Source of the DNA: Malacoraja senta
Taxonomy: Eukaryota
Reading direction: 5' to 3'
DNA: 64,000 bases
Assembly: GCA_038087875.1 (NCBI GenBank)
Contig: CM075998.1
Location: 746,001 to 810,000 of the forward strand
A program made the position numbers and the translations under genes. Shown here in pieces: positions 1-13,830 of the stretch (position 1 is the stretch's first letter; every line of letters begins with the position of its first letter). The notes under the pieces are model-generated. The model ran no database searches, was not told the origin of the DNA, and saw nothing but the letters and a program-made list of their open reading frames with translations.

Positions 1-674
1 ATTTTGAGAATGAGGCCATTCAAGCCAGAGATGGGAACCAGGCAGCAGACAAGAAATGGCAGACTTGCAATTTTATAGCGCCTCATCGCATTGCTCAGAA
101 ACATCTCATTGAATGAATTGCTTTGAGAGCTGAGTCACTGTTACAGAGCCAAATGCAGCAGGCAATTTGCGCACAGCAAGATCAAACAAACAGCAATAAA
201 ATGAATGGCCAGCCTACGTGTTGTTGCAAGAGATGAACGTTCATCAGGATATTGGGAAAATTCCCTGCCCTACTTCCAAGAGTGCATCATTATTGTCTTG
301 GGGCAAGTATATAATGCCTCCTGCGAAACAGACAGAAGCTATGATGTTGCGATTGGAGGGACAGTGTAGATAATGCGCTCAAGTCCTAGAGTGGGGCTTG
401 AACCCACAGCCTACTGACTTGAGGGGTGAAAGTGCAACCAGCCATGCTAACCTGAAACCTAATGAAGACAAGATTTGCAAGACACAGTAAGTCTTGGTAG
501 AGGAGGCAAGGAAATGTGAACAGTTCCACACTTCTGATGTGCACCAAGTTAGTCTAAGCGGCTGGAACACTGACTTTAATCGTTTGTGCAATCTGACATA
601 TTGAATCTCGCTTGTCATACGGTCACTGCCCACAGCACAATCTACAATTTGACCATTGATTCATAGATGCTCAC

Positions 675-867
675 CTATACAGACGACATCCATGAAGCCA
701 TACATCCCGTAACAGATCTGGAAGAGCAGGTCCTGTCTCTGCCACTTAGCCGACGGACTGAGGGAGGACCAAATTAACCAGGAGATGCTAGCAATTAGGA
801 AGAGGGAGCCAAGGATGATTGCGGCTATCTGCACCTTTTCAATCACTGTGAGGGAGATTGCCTGCCA
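675..867 (-). CDS. MARCHF9: MARCHF9 coding exon 3 (transmembrane region), 193 nt; final exon lies outside the window
   Basis: [64 protein letters not shown](G). Acceptor ttccag ends at 868; donor GTGAGC starts at 674. Confidence 0.97.
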
Positions 868-2332
868 CTGGAATGGGAGGGGTGAGGGCGCAAAAGATGG
901 AAGGCGAGAGAATACAAGGTGGAAAGAGAGAGGGGGCAAAATAGCGTGACAGACCAGAGACAAGATGAAACGGGAGGCAGAAATAAAACACAGAATGAAC
1001 AAGTTAGAATGGGGAAGGGGAGAGAAATTAAGATTATGTGAGCAATTTCAACACAAGAGAATGAGTGGGCCAGGGTTGGGAACATGAGAGGGAAAGAGAA
1101 TAACATTAAAGCTAAGCACCTGTTGCTAGTATCACATGATTCCAATGCAATTGCGCATGAAATTATGACATCTTGGGACTCTTAATCCCAGGGAGTCACC
1201 TAAAGGTCTGGCCCGCGAGATGGCTCAAGTTACAGCTGAATGAACAAGCCCTGAGGATTGCTCAGAAAAATTAGCACTCTAACATGACAGATCGATTGGC
1301 GTTGGGATGGGACTGGCCGTCAAAGTGCGAAGCAGTTCCAGGTGTAGCATAGGTTGGATACGGGATCTGTCTTAGCAAGGATGCCTTAACTCACGTTTCA
1401 GCACGGTTCAGTTCCACTATGAAATGTGAAAACTAATGAGCTGTGGCTTTGTGTCTGGGTTTCCATTTCCACTCTCCCCCTACCCCACTTCCATTCCTTC
1501 CTTCAACTCATTCCTTTTTCCCCAGCAGAGATGAGAGACTTGCTCCATCAGCTTCTGGGGATGGATTTCAACTCAAGGGCTGAAAGGATGTCACTCTTGC
1601 CTACTCTGCCAATCTGCACACACCATTTGCCCCTTAAATTGCTACCTGCCTCATTTGCCTTTATCTCATGCCATTTGCTTTTTTTAAACCTCCTTTTCCT
1701 CTGTGCCCGTGTCATCTCCCTGGCTGAGTGTGGCATGGTAGCGAAAGGGATGTCCTGCTGGTATGGTAACCAATTCCGAGCTAACTGGGCTACTGGACAC
1801 AGGGTTGAAATGACATATTTACACACACTTGGTGCTGGGCAGCAAAAGTCAGAGAAGTTAATGAACCATGTGTGGGAATAAAGGAAATATCAGACACAAG
1901 GCAGCACAGATTTGACAGCAAATCACCCCCCTGCCCCTCCTCCACCTCAATCTTGGCAGGCCCCTTAAAGGGAAGTAGGCACACACCACCTTCTGCAGGT
2001 TTCCCACCAAGTTGCACATCAGCCTGACTTGGAAGTATTGAGTCAGAGCTATATATACAGCATGGAAACAGGCCCTTCAGCCCACTGTGCCCACACCGAC
2101 CCATAAACACTATATTTTTCTCCCCACGGTCCCATCAACTCCCCCCCACCTCCCCCAGATTCTACCACTCACCTACACACTTGGGGTAATTTTAAGACAG
2201 CCAATTAACCTACCAAACCATATGTCTTTGGGATGTGGGAGAAAACTGGAGCACCCAGAAGAAACTAAAAGGTCACAGGGAAATTTCACTGCAGCAGGTG
2301 GGAAATTTAAACCTAGTTAATAAATTCAAGGG

Positions 2333-2466
2333 TGTGTAGGAAGGAACTGCAGATGCTGGTTTAATCCGAAGATAGACACAAAAAGCTGGAGTAACTCAGT
2401 GGGACAGGTAGCATCTCTGGAGAGAAGGAATGGGTGACGTTTTGGGTCGAAAACCCTTCTTCAGAC
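2333..2466 (-). mobile_element. PLE-terminus fragment with decayed hammerhead motif
   Basis: Minus strand reads gtCTGAAGAagggttttcgacccAAAAcgtcacc, followed by the tail ending ttccttcctacaca. Confidence 0.75.
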
Positions 2467-5400
2467 AGATTTGGAATAAAACAAGACAGATTGCTGATGG
2501 TGGGCGTAAAACTGTTGAATCATTGTGAAAAGTCAAGTTTATTTGTCACATAAATGGTGACACTGGTTAAACGATGTGCTCTTGGGAAGGAAATCTGCCC
2601 ATACCTGGTTCAGACATACTCATGTAGTTGACTCTTAACTGCCCCAAAGTGGTCATGAAGCCACTCAGTTAAAAAAACACTGAGGGCTGTGGAATAAATG
2701 GCCAGCCTTGCCAGCAATACCCACATCCTGTAAATAAGTAATAATCAAAACATTATCGGTATTGAGACACGCTGTGGGCACAGAGCATGGGTGCCACCAG
2801 CTCCCTGCTACCTTGATCAGGTCTCTACTCTTCTTGCGGGCCAATATGGAGGGACACTAGGCTATTCCAGCAGGAAGGGTGGGTGGGTTTTGGAGAGGGA
2901 TTGAAGAGTGGGAAGGAACGGAAAAATCATAACGTGAACCCAATCTTGTACATCTACATACCTGTTTTACCAACGACAACCCAAGGTGCTCCTGGAGCAC
3001 CAAACCAAACTCCCCCTGTGGACCCCTACTCACTTACTCCTGACTACAATGTCTAACCTGTTTGAGGGAGAGCCATAAAATGCCAGCCTTGCCAGCACAG
3101 AGGTTCAGCACAAAGTCCACTCAGTCTTCGGTGATTGTGTCGCAACGCCAAAACCCACTGACCAGTGCAAACATCCGCTGAGCGGTGGAACAGTTGAAAC
3201 CCGTTGACATGCTGTGTCCTAGAAATGATCAATCAAGCACAGTTTGAGGGACGGGTGAGCATTGCTTAGACTTTATTCAGCATCTCCAGTCGTGCTATCT
3301 ATGGCACCGTCACGCTCTTTCCAGAACCTGCAATAAATGGCATGCAGAGAGCAGCAGGATCAAGAACAAGGTCCAGCACCTCTTTACAAATCTGGATGCC
3401 CCTGAGAAGAGAAGGGACCTACTTGCACTGATTTCCCCAGGCATTCCTCCAGGGACTGAGATGAAAGTGTGCGGGACATTATTTTATTGGGAGAGCCACT
3501 CAGCTCGGCGGAACTGATTATATTAAGTCCTTGATGGAGCAAAGGGAACACAAGAAATGGCGCAAACTCAGGAGGAATTGAGCAGATGGATATCCCATGG
3601 ACCCAAAAGTACACTGCAAACTAACTTTGCAATTTTCATGTACACGTGATATACTTCACACATATCTGAAAGAAAAAGACTTGAATTTATGATGTCTTTC
3701 ACAACCTCAGGATGTCCCAGAGCACCTCAGTCACTGAAATAATTTTAGTAATGTAGGAAAGGTGGCATCCAATTTATTCACAGCATGCTCCTACAAATAA
3801 CTATCTTATAAAGATGACACAATGTGTTCTAGGGAGGTAGGCAGAAAGACAAATATTGGCCTAGGACATTGGGAATTCTTCATAGTAGTGATTGTAAGAT
3901 CTTTTACATCCATTTAAGAGATCAGAAAGGCCTTGGTTTAGCATTTCATCCAAAAGACAGCAGCAACCTCCATTTATTTAGCATTTTTACTAAAACAAAA
4001 CACTCTTGGGGCTTTACAGGGTCATTATCAAACAAAGATATTAGGACTGGTGGTCAAAAGCCGTGCTTCCTTCAGTCCCAGCACTGTAATGGTCAGATTG
4101 GATTTTTGTGCTCGAGTCTCTGCACTGGACGTGCATCTATGACATTTTGATCCTGAGGAGAGATAGTGCTGCCCATAATTTCTCTGTCACAAAACCCCAA
4201 GAACTGAGCTACTGGAAGATCTAAAATCTGACTGAGATAACCCAAGCACATAGCACATCCCGATGGAAGATCGCAAACTAAAAGAAATCAGTGGTTGGCA
4301 AGGCCCAAAGTATTGCTGGGCATGACAAGGTGTCACAAATAAGCGCGAAAGAAAGATCGGCAAGGCCAAATTTTAGTACGTGATGTTCATCATTATTCTG
4401 TGGAAGGGCCAGAGCAAGGAAGGGGTTGTTTGAATGAGGATCCAACAAGATGAGCAGATGGCAATGTGACCCATGTACTTGGCAGAAGTCTCCAGGTGGC
4501 AATGTTTTTAATGTGGAATGTTTGCAACTTAGCCAAGCGGGTCGATGGTTATTCACTGTGCAGGGACGTGAAGTGATGTGTTCAACAGCATTGCTCCATC
4601 TATCCTGATGATCCCAACAATGTGTTCATATTGGCAATAAAATCAACTGAAGCATGCCTGCACTGGTGGGAATCCAAAGCCCATGAAATCCGGCCCCGAT
4701 TTGAGGGGGAGCTTAGCAAGATGAAAGGAAGCCAGATCTGAAATCAAAATCTTCCCATCTATTGTTGCATACTGGATTGCACCAGAGAATCCAGTTGACT
4801 CTGGAATGGTTAACTGTGGCAGGAGGTTGACATTTGAGTTGCAGCCAGAAAATGCAGCAGCCAATTTGCGCACGGAAAAATTCCACAAATAGCAATGTGA
4901 TTACCAACAAGATATTATCTGGGATGTTATTTAAGGGATAACTATTAAAGTGAGTCACAGGAAATGATGAGGAGCAAGTTGTCTGTCTGGCAGGTGGTCT
5001 AATGGTTTCCAGCTGTGCTCCAACGCCGAGGGATCAGATCTCAGCAAATACACATTTTTATTTGAGCAGGAATCTCTGACACAAGTTACATATGTCCACT
5101 GCAGATTTATGGGAAGACCAAGAAGGTGTCTGTGAGCCAGATTGCGACCTTGGGTGGACAGTTGTGATTTCTCATGGAAAAATGCAGTGCAACGAGCAGA
5201 GTGGTGAGTGCCTGGTACGTGCTGCCAGCGGTGGTTTAGTTCAGTTTAGCTTAGAGATACAGCGTGGAAACATGCCCTTTGGCCCATTCAGTCTGCACCG
5301 ACCAGCGATCCCCGCACACTAACACAATCCTACGCACCCTAAGGACAATTTACAATTACACCAAGCCAATTAGCCTCCAAACCTGTACGTCTTTGTAGTG

Positions 5401-8400
5401 TGGGAAGAAACCGGAGAAAACCCACATGGTCATGGGGAGAATGTACAAACTCCATACAGACAAGCGCCCGTAGTCAGGATCGAACCCGGGTCTCTGGTCT
5501 GTCAGGCAGCAACTCTGGTTGTGGTGGAGGCAGATACAATAGTGGCATTTGAGAGACTTTTAGATAAGCATATGGATATGCAGAACATGGAGGGATATGG
5601 ATTATGTTCAGGCAGAAGAATTGGTCTTGGCATCATGTTTAGCACAGACATTGTGGGCCAAAGGGCCTGCTCCTGTGCTGCACTGTTCTATGTTCTATGA
5701 ATCTGTCTGGAGCCCTTGGCAGAGCTAAAGAGCACAGGCGAAGTGGGAACCTGGCTCTGCTGCTCCACAGAGATGACCCCCAACAAGATTCAGCACACTG
5801 GGAAGTTGGACAGAGACAAGCCCGATGCATCAGCACCCAGAGAGTTAACCTCAGCTGCAGCTGAGACTGTCCCATGACAAGCGCCAGTTGTAGTGCCTGC
5901 TATGCAGTATCAGACACCTGCCATGGCACGGGTGTGGCAGTGTTTAGCGCAAGGTCTTTCAAAATGGAATGGGACACCAGAATCCCAGAAGGAAATCTGT
6001 GAGCTCCAGCAGGTAACTTACACACTGCTCTTCTATAACAGTAATTCCATTGAAGAAGCAGTTGTCATCATATGCAATCCACACGCCAACAACCAAGCAA
6101 GATGGTGGTATTGAGCATTGAATGAATTGCTCAGCAGGGAGTGGCAGGTTGTTGGGATAGAGGTCAGGGGAAGTTCAGGGGACTATGTTGGAAGGATTGC
6201 ACACATTCAATAAGTTCCTCCAACCTTCCATCTAGCCTCCAGGGAATGTCTTCACATTATCAGAAGTTCCACGAATACGCACAGGATGAGGAATTCCTTT
6301 ACAAGAAGCTTCTGCTTGACTGGGACATGAGCACTGGTGTTCTACAATTACAAATAATCAGTGCAAGAGGGATCTATTGGGCAGAAGCAGCTATTTGGCC
6401 CATCAGATTCACGCTGAACAAGCAGGAGGAACGGAGACTGGTCCCAGCTGCTGCATCTCACATTGCAGCCTTGGAGTAATATCTTCTAGTTAATGAACAA
6501 GGAACATTGTAGCTGCCCTCTTTAACAGTCCATTAAAGGAAGTGGCACCTGGACTCCAGAGGCTGAAGCTCATCTCCAATGAAAGACAATGGTGTTACAT
6601 TTGGTGAATGGTCCATAGCTTGCTTGGGTGAGGGGGTTCTAAGCCGAGATGGTGCCCAATTAAAGGACAATGTCACTTAGAGCTGACAGAAGGTGCAGAA
6701 TTGCATGCAAGAGACCAAAAGGTTGATATGGTGCGAGCCAGTGATCCTATGTGCTGCCACCTCATGCTACAGCGGCTGAAGTTGCTTGACAATGCTTCCG
6801 TGATCTCAGCCACATGATCCTCTCTCTTGGTATTCCTGCCCTCTCACACACTAAGACTGCGTGTGTTTGCTGTGTTGCCAAGTACAACTGGGCTTTATTT
6901 TGCATTTCTATTGCGTCTCGGATGAGCACAGCGAATCCCAACAATACTTCACAGCCATACAGAGTGAAGGAAAATGCGTGGCCACTTTGCGCCTAGCAAG
7001 CTCCCTCAAGCAAGAATTCAATAAATGACCAGGTTGTTGGCTATTGCCTTACAGTCAGCACGGAGAATGTCCCTGTTCTTCTACAAATAGTGACGTGCAT
7101 TTTTAATACCCATGCATAGCCAGGGGGGCTGATGGAGCCCTGGATTAGAATTGTGTCCAAAATGTTGTCTCTGACACCCTTCCTCATACTGCCTCTCCCA
7201 TAGTTCAGTCATCCCTTGTACAGCCGCTCCCACAGGGAGGCACTCCCTCACACAGTGATACTCCCCTGTTGTCCTTCTGTAACACGGGAACCCTAGGCTG
7301 AATAGATCGGTTCTGTTAAATCCACTGACTTTCTAACCACCTCCCTTCCCCCAGCTCCCCACCCCAACACTCTCTGCTGGAAACTGAGTGTGTGGAGAAG
7401 CCGGGAGAGCCATAGGATCAGGCGACACCACCCAGAATTAAACAGCCTAACTGCCACCTAGGATCGCGACAGAATTATACAGAATGGAATTTGGCCATTC
7501 GGCCCACTGAGTCCGCACCACCCATCAAGCATCCATTTATACTAATCACATTATATTCTCCCCCCACCCCGTCACCCAACCCAAGATTCTACCCCTCACA
7601 TACACTCTTGGGGAAATTCAGCACAGCTTCTTAACCTACAAATCAGCACATTTTGGGGGTGTGGGAGGAAACCAGAGCACCCGGGGGAAAACGATCTGGT
7701 CACAGGGACACTGCAAACTCCACACAGACAGCACCATAGGTCAGATTAAACCTGGGTCTCGGAAGCTGTGTGGCAGCAGGGCTACCCACTGATCCACTGC
7801 ACTATCCATAAAGAGTGAGTGAGCAAGCAGGCCAAGTACCTAAGGGCAGCTGATGCCTGTGAAATTGCACGAGGTCCCCTGGTGGGGTGGTTAGAAAAAC
7901 AAAGTTAATCACTGGGAACAGATGAAATGTTCTCTGCAGACTAGGCACACTTAGTATTCCTTGAATCCCTCTCATCTGTCTGTTACTTTGTCTATGTTGC
8001 AGTTCATCAACAGCAAATCTTTGCCAACATTCGCAGCACAGCTATGTTGCCAATGCAGGGTAGGTTTGCCTGTTCACTAACAAGACGCTGGCATCAATTG
8101 AAGTCAGAAGCCCTCTCCATCTTTTGCCCACCGCTTTTAAACCCATTTCTATCATCCCCTCCCCATTTATCTCTCTCTATCCCCTCTCTTTCTCTATCTA
8201 ATCTATGTCACACTCCGCATCCCACCACTTCCCTCCTCTCTTTCCAATCACATTCAAGCTGTTTTCCAGGAATGAATGTTGAAACTTTTGGAGTTCACAC
8301 CGCACTCCGCTGTGGGTGTGAGCCGGAAGCTGTCATTCATGCATGCACGGTGGAAGAGACCCCACTGTCCCTGGTCTCAGGTCTGTGAGGTAGTGTCACA

Positions 8401-9622
8401 TTCTCAGCTGATTGTTTTGAACAGCAAAAAAGTTGTTTGTGAAATGAAAGGGCCTGTCCCACTTACGCGATTATTTTCGGCGACTTGCCAGCACACGTCA
8501 TAGTCACAGCAGGTTGCCGAAAAATTTCAACATGTTCGGGGTGAAGCCTGTTTGGTGGTGAGTAGTCGCCCAAAGAGTCGTACCTTTTTCTGGTCGCCGC
8601 TGGATTTTCAACATGTTGAAAATTTTCGGCAACCTGCTGACGTAGTAATACAACTCCCAGCAAATCTCCCAAGATCATATTGTATTTCTCCGAAATGTAA
8701 GCAAGAAAGAGAGAGTTGAATAGAGTTATCTTTATTTACAGTGCTGGTGTGCTCCATTAGTGCGTTGTTGGCGGAGAGCATGGCTCAGGCACTGAGTGTG
8801 GTAATTACAGGTTTGTGGCTCGGTGGCACAATGTGCTGGAACTCCAATGCGTGGCAATCTTTTGACTTTTCAGGGGCATTTTAGTAATTGCCCTGCACCC
8901 CCCCTTTCCCAACTTAAAAACTAAATGTTCATGCTCTTCCACAGCTGCTATGATAGTATGCCACCGATCCGCTGCCAGAACTGGTCAGTAGACAGTAAAG
9001 GGTAGTTGAGGCTGGGGAACGGGTTCCCTCCCCACTCCCTTCATCTCATTCCTAGCATTCTGACCGGGAGATGCTGCAGCCTGCAAGCAGCTCCCACCTG
9101 ATGCTGCGCAAATACAGGAGCTAAAGCTGGTAAACCCTGACCGCCCCCTCACCCCCACCCCACCTCCTTCCTTTCGCTCTGTAGTTCTTCCCATTACCAT
9201 CAGCACCTTTCATCAGGATGCGCAGAAGAGCCACGGATATTAGGTCACTACTTGCCATGCGTGAGTGTGGGGTGGGGGGTGGGAAAGGGTTCAGGGAGGA
9301 GTAGCACTGGAACATCAAGGGGTAGCTCCATCAGAAGCTGTCGTCTGGGGCTGTAGTGCACATAAACACTGATGGCACAGGAGGAGGCCATTCAGCCATC
9401 AGGACGAAGGAACTGTTGAGACTAGTCCCTTATCCCAACGTTGGTCTGTAATGCTGTAGGTCACCGCACATGAAGTGCGGTAAAATGGGATGTACCCCTA
9501 CTCAAGCCGTGATCTGTCATGGAGAGGCCAAGCTGGAAACAACTATCGCCACACAAGAAATGCGTCGAAGACCCGTTTCTTTTGCCCTACTTCCAGTATG
9601 CCAGTGAGCGCCGGCGACTGAC

Positions 9623-9778
9623 CTGCAGGGGGTTCTTGGTGCTGATGGCCAAGACCTGGTACTTAAAGTAGCAGAGCTCGCAGCTCCATGAGCCTCGCTC
9701 GCTGATCCAGCGGATTAGGCACGGCTGGTGGGTGCAACGCACAGAGCCATCGCAGCGACAGGGGCTCAGCAGATCACC
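9623..9778 (-). CDS. MARCHF9: MARCHF9 coding exon 2 (RING-CH finger), 156 nt
   Basis: [52 protein letters not shown]. Acceptor ttttgcag ends at 9779; donor GTCAGT starts at 9622; phase 0-0. Confidence 0.97.
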
Positions 9779-9954
9779 CTGCAAAACAAAGGCAGACACA
9801 ATAAACAGGTCACTCACACACACCTTGGGGCCAGGGAGAAGCGACGGCCTCCTTATCTGCGCCACACACAGCAAAGTAATGGGTCACAATCACTGCTCAC
9901 CTTTTCATCACATCCTCAAACTGTGTCACAGCCCGTCAATGATGCCTCATTGAA

Positions 9955-10300
9955 ACTCAGTCACTGGTGCAATGTGTGAAACGTGGCAGCCAATTTGGAC
10001 CCAGCAAGCTCCCGTTAACAGCAGTGAGAAAATGACCTGATAATCTGTTTCTTTTCAAAACAAGATTGTGAAAGAGGACCAGGGAGAACTCTCTTGTTCA
10101 TTTCAAATAGCAGCCAGAGGATCATTAATCCCCATCTGAGAAGGAAGATATGTTTAATGGCTCATTCTGAAAAACAACTGCTCCAACGGTGCAGCAGTTC
10201 CCCTCCAGCAGCACAGCATTCTCTCATCCCTGTACAATGAAGCTCAGGTCTCTGGAGTGGGACTTGAACCCGCAACCTTCTGACTCAAGGAGGAGTGCTA
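9955..10300 (-). mobile_element. Deu-domain SINE, SacSINE1/AmnSINE1-like (others at about 60-450, 3675-4175, 16850-17052, 33995-34460, 57100-57260, 58980-59150)
   Basis: Recurring gcagccaatttgcgcacagcaag...aaatattggcc...gggatctttta...ggagtgggacttgaaccc blocks. Confidence 0.7.
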
Positions 10301-11469
10301 CACAGGGAGGCACACTGATACACACCAACTAACTGAATGGTGCAGATTCCACTTTTGTTTCCTGAGGTGGAGCTGAACCGTGTTGCTCCTGTCGTCTCCA
10401 ACATGTCTCGGAGCACACTGATCCACATCGACTGTGATAACACAGCCCACACGTACATCGAGTCTATTATTATCCTTTCTAGATGGCACAATTACAGATG
10501 ACAACCCCACAGGGATCCTGAATCATTCCAGCCTTGTTATTCTCACACTACATTAAAAAATACTCTTTGGATGAGATCACACCGAGCAACACACTTATCT
10601 TGATCTTTTTTGGTGAGATTTATTCTCCTCACTACTCACCCACCTCCACTGGGATCGAATGCAAAACAGGCACTCTTCATGTGTCGGTGCAGACAATGAG
10701 GGCTGTCTGGCTAATCAAGGATGGCATACATAGCAGTCCCGTCTGATGCCATCAAACACTCCACATTACACGCAGCATCACATTTCTGGGCAGCGGTTGA
10801 GTGCGGAGTTTGGTGAGTGATAAAGAAGGGGGCACTGAAATGTGCCTGAGCTTTCCATTGGCCTTATCTAGATTGTCTTCCCTAATCCCAAACCAACCAT
10901 AATTAAATAATCATTTAAAGGGGTAGTGACAACACAATAAAACTGACTGCCAACCCTTAGTTTCTCCAGAAGCATCTAGAGTGAGCTATTCATCCACACT
11001 CTGCTCATCTGCTTATAGAAAGGCAGACTAGCATTTCTGTAGCATCATTCACACCCTCGGGTCACATCAAAATGCTCCGCGCGTCCGCACGCTACAAAAC
11101 GCCAACGCTTTTGGTATGCGAAAAAGGGGCAGCCTGCTGCTGCACAGCGAGATCCCAGAAACAATGGAGGGAAGGTTAAAGGCCGACTTAATGATCTTGA
11201 TTAACCAATGACTGAAGCTGTGGGGATATAAGGAACTGTGAAACGTTTCCTTCAAGTGGTGCTTTAGAGGTTCTCACACACACTTAAGAAAAGACAGGAC
11301 CTCAACTTAGCAGCTGATCCGAAAGATGGCGCCTCCAAGAGTGCAACGCTCAATCAAGACTGTCCCATCAACACTGCGACACTCCATGGGCACTGTCCCT
11401 CCTGTCAGCACTACTGTGGCAACAGTGTGGCGCTCCCTTTACACAGCCATCCTGACAGTGTAGCACTTG

Positions 11470-11665
11470 GGCCGCTGCCTGCCCCTTTTCCAGGGTTAAG
11501 TCCGCACCCGGGTGGTAATAGAAAGGGACTACGCGCAGTCCATGGGCGCCCTGGGGGATTTCCGGGACCGCTGGGCACCGCGGGGGGTGGAATGAGGATG
11601 GGGAAATAGTAATTTATTATTTAAGAATATTTGTTTATTTTGTATTATGGTGGTGGGTTTGTTTG
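11470..11665 (+). mobile_element. Tx1/L1-type LINE 3' fragment
   Basis: GC-rich; translates CLPLFQG*VRTRVVIERDYAQSMGALGDFRDRWAPRGVE, followed by a T-rich 3' UTR. Confidence 0.55.
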
Positions 11666-12252
11666 CGTTTATGTGTGTATAGTAAACACAAACAGTGCAG
11701 CACTATCTCAGCACTGCACAAGAGTACTGACTTCAACTTTTGTGAACTAAAGCCAAGGGCTGGTCATGGGATAGAAACATAGACAATAGGTGCAGGAGTA
11801 GGCCATTCGGTCCTTCGAGCCAGCACCGCCATTCAATGTGATCATGGTTGATCATCCCCAATCAGTACCCCGTTCCTGCCTTCTCCCCATATCCCTTGAT
11901 TCCCTTAGCCCTAAGAGCTAAATCTAACTCTCTCTTGAAAACAAAACTAGTCTGTGCATTTAAAACCAAACTTTTGTACTATTAGATAATAAGAGTACAG
12001 AAAGACTGTTCTGAAGCCACCTCTCACTTGATATGAAGCAGAACCACAAAACAGTAGCTGGAACAACTGAGCCATACAGACCGAGGTTTGTCAACCACCA
12101 CCCCTTCCCTTTCTCCCCATCCCAAACTCTTCCTGTGCCATTGCCACCTCTAAGCACTTCCGATTATGCCAGTTCACAGTCCCCAGATCTTTTCTTCCCT
12201 TGTTTAGCATGCAGCCCAGCCAGATTGGATCTTCAACATCCTCCTACCAGTG

Positions 12253-12658
12253 CCTTGGTTTCACGCTGCCTCGGCAAGGCCAGCAGCATAATCAAGGACG
12301 AGTCTCACCCTGGACACTCCCTCTTCTCCCCTCTCCCATCAGGCAAGGGGTACAGAAGTGTGAAAATTCATACCTCCAGATTCAGGGACAGTTTTTTCCC
12401 AGCTGTTATCAGGCAACTGAACCATCCTATCAGCAACTGGAGAGCAGTCCTGAGCTACTGTCTACCTTATTGGAGACCCTTGGAATATCTTTGATCAAAC
12501 TTTACTCTACTTTATCTTGCACTAAACGTTATTCCCTTTATCTTGTATCTCTGCAATGTGGACACCTCGATTGTAATCATGTAGTCTTTTCGCAGACTGG
12601 ATAGCATGCAACAAAAAGCTTTTCACTGTACGTGACAATAAACTAAACTAAAACTAAA
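12253..12658 (+). mobile_element. Rex1/Babar-type LINE 3' fragment (related minus-strand pieces at about 25920-26540 and 36630-37370)
   Basis: RCLGKASSIIKDESHPGHSLFSPLPSGKGYRS...RFRDSFFPAVIRQLN, then AATAAA and an (AAACT)n tail. Confidence 0.75.
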
Positions 12659-12775
12659 GTGTTTGGTGCTGAGAGTTGACATTAAAATGAAGTGCCGACA
12701 AAGGAAGTTTCAAACTTTGCCAGTCGCAATCACCAGTAATTGTCTATAATTATATAGAACTGGGGATAACAGACA

Positions 12776-12880
12776 GTGACAAAATGCTGGAGCAATTCAG
12801 CGGGACAGGCAGCATCTCTGGAGAGAAGGAATGGGTGACGTTTCGGGTCAAGACCAGCATTTGCAGTTCCTTCCTACACA
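12776..12880. mobile_element. Mini fold-back PLE-terminus element
   Basis: TSD tggggataacagaca / tagggatcacagaca at 12761-12775 and 12881-12895; the paralogous empty site is at about 14914-14928. Confidence 0.8.
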
Positions 12881-13559
12881 TAGGGATCACAGACAATTCA
12901 TTTTGATTTTCTGCAAATTGCAAATAGTAAATAACAAAAAAATCAATTGAATCCTAAATTGGGTCTTTTAAGCATTTTCACCCCATGTAACTCAATTAAA
13001 CCCTTGACAAGCAGAAGCAGAGTTATAAAGGGTAGACTGAATTGGGAAAGTAAGTTGTTTTGCACAAAAAATAACCGAAGAGGCCATTCAACCTCTCAAG
13101 CTCATTATACAGGAGTATCCACTGAACTCCTCTCATTTCTTGCACAGGAACAAGGAGTGATTTATCCCACTGGCGCCGTCACATGAGGAATAAAATGTTG
13201 TCATTCTAACTGTTTATACAGCAAGAGGTTATGTGGCTCAAGCTTAATACATATGACTAGGCCAGTATTCCAACATAGAAAAGGCCAATGTGCCTTAAAT
13301 AGTGGTTTATAACAGGTTCAAACTTAGCTTTTGTATTATCTGAATGTGAAACCCAAGATCCTGTATTCTTTACTCACCACTCTATCAGCACAGCTTGCCA
13401 AATACAAAATATTATATACATGCCTCTTTGTTGCTGCACAACTTTTCAAACTGCTTGATTGATATTTTATCATCTCTCTCTCTCATCTGTTCTGCTAATG
13501 TGTACCACTTTGCAATTCTCTGCATTTATACTCAGACCATGCCTTTGAATCCAGCCCAG

Positions 13560-13830
13560 AATGTTGAGGTGAGAGTCTTCTGAAAGATCCTTGCAAAAGT
13601 GCACTGGGAATCCCTGGCCCGAGACCACTCAAAATGGAGGAGTGTTTTGGATGGCATTGAGAACCTTGAGTCTATGTGGCAAGAATGAACATGGAGTGCA
13701 TCATTTCCCAAACCACCCCATCCATCTGTCCTGTCAAGTTCCTTCTTCCCCCACCTTTGTCAGAGTATGTGGGACCTACATTGGTCTTATCAGCCGTCTC
13801 AGAACCCACAGAACTCAAGGGGCAGACTAA
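13560..13830 (+). mobile_element. RTE-clade LINE 3' fragment
   Basis: Ends in RVCGTYIGLISRLRTHR, resembling the RTE C-terminal C2H2-like motif. Confidence 0.5.
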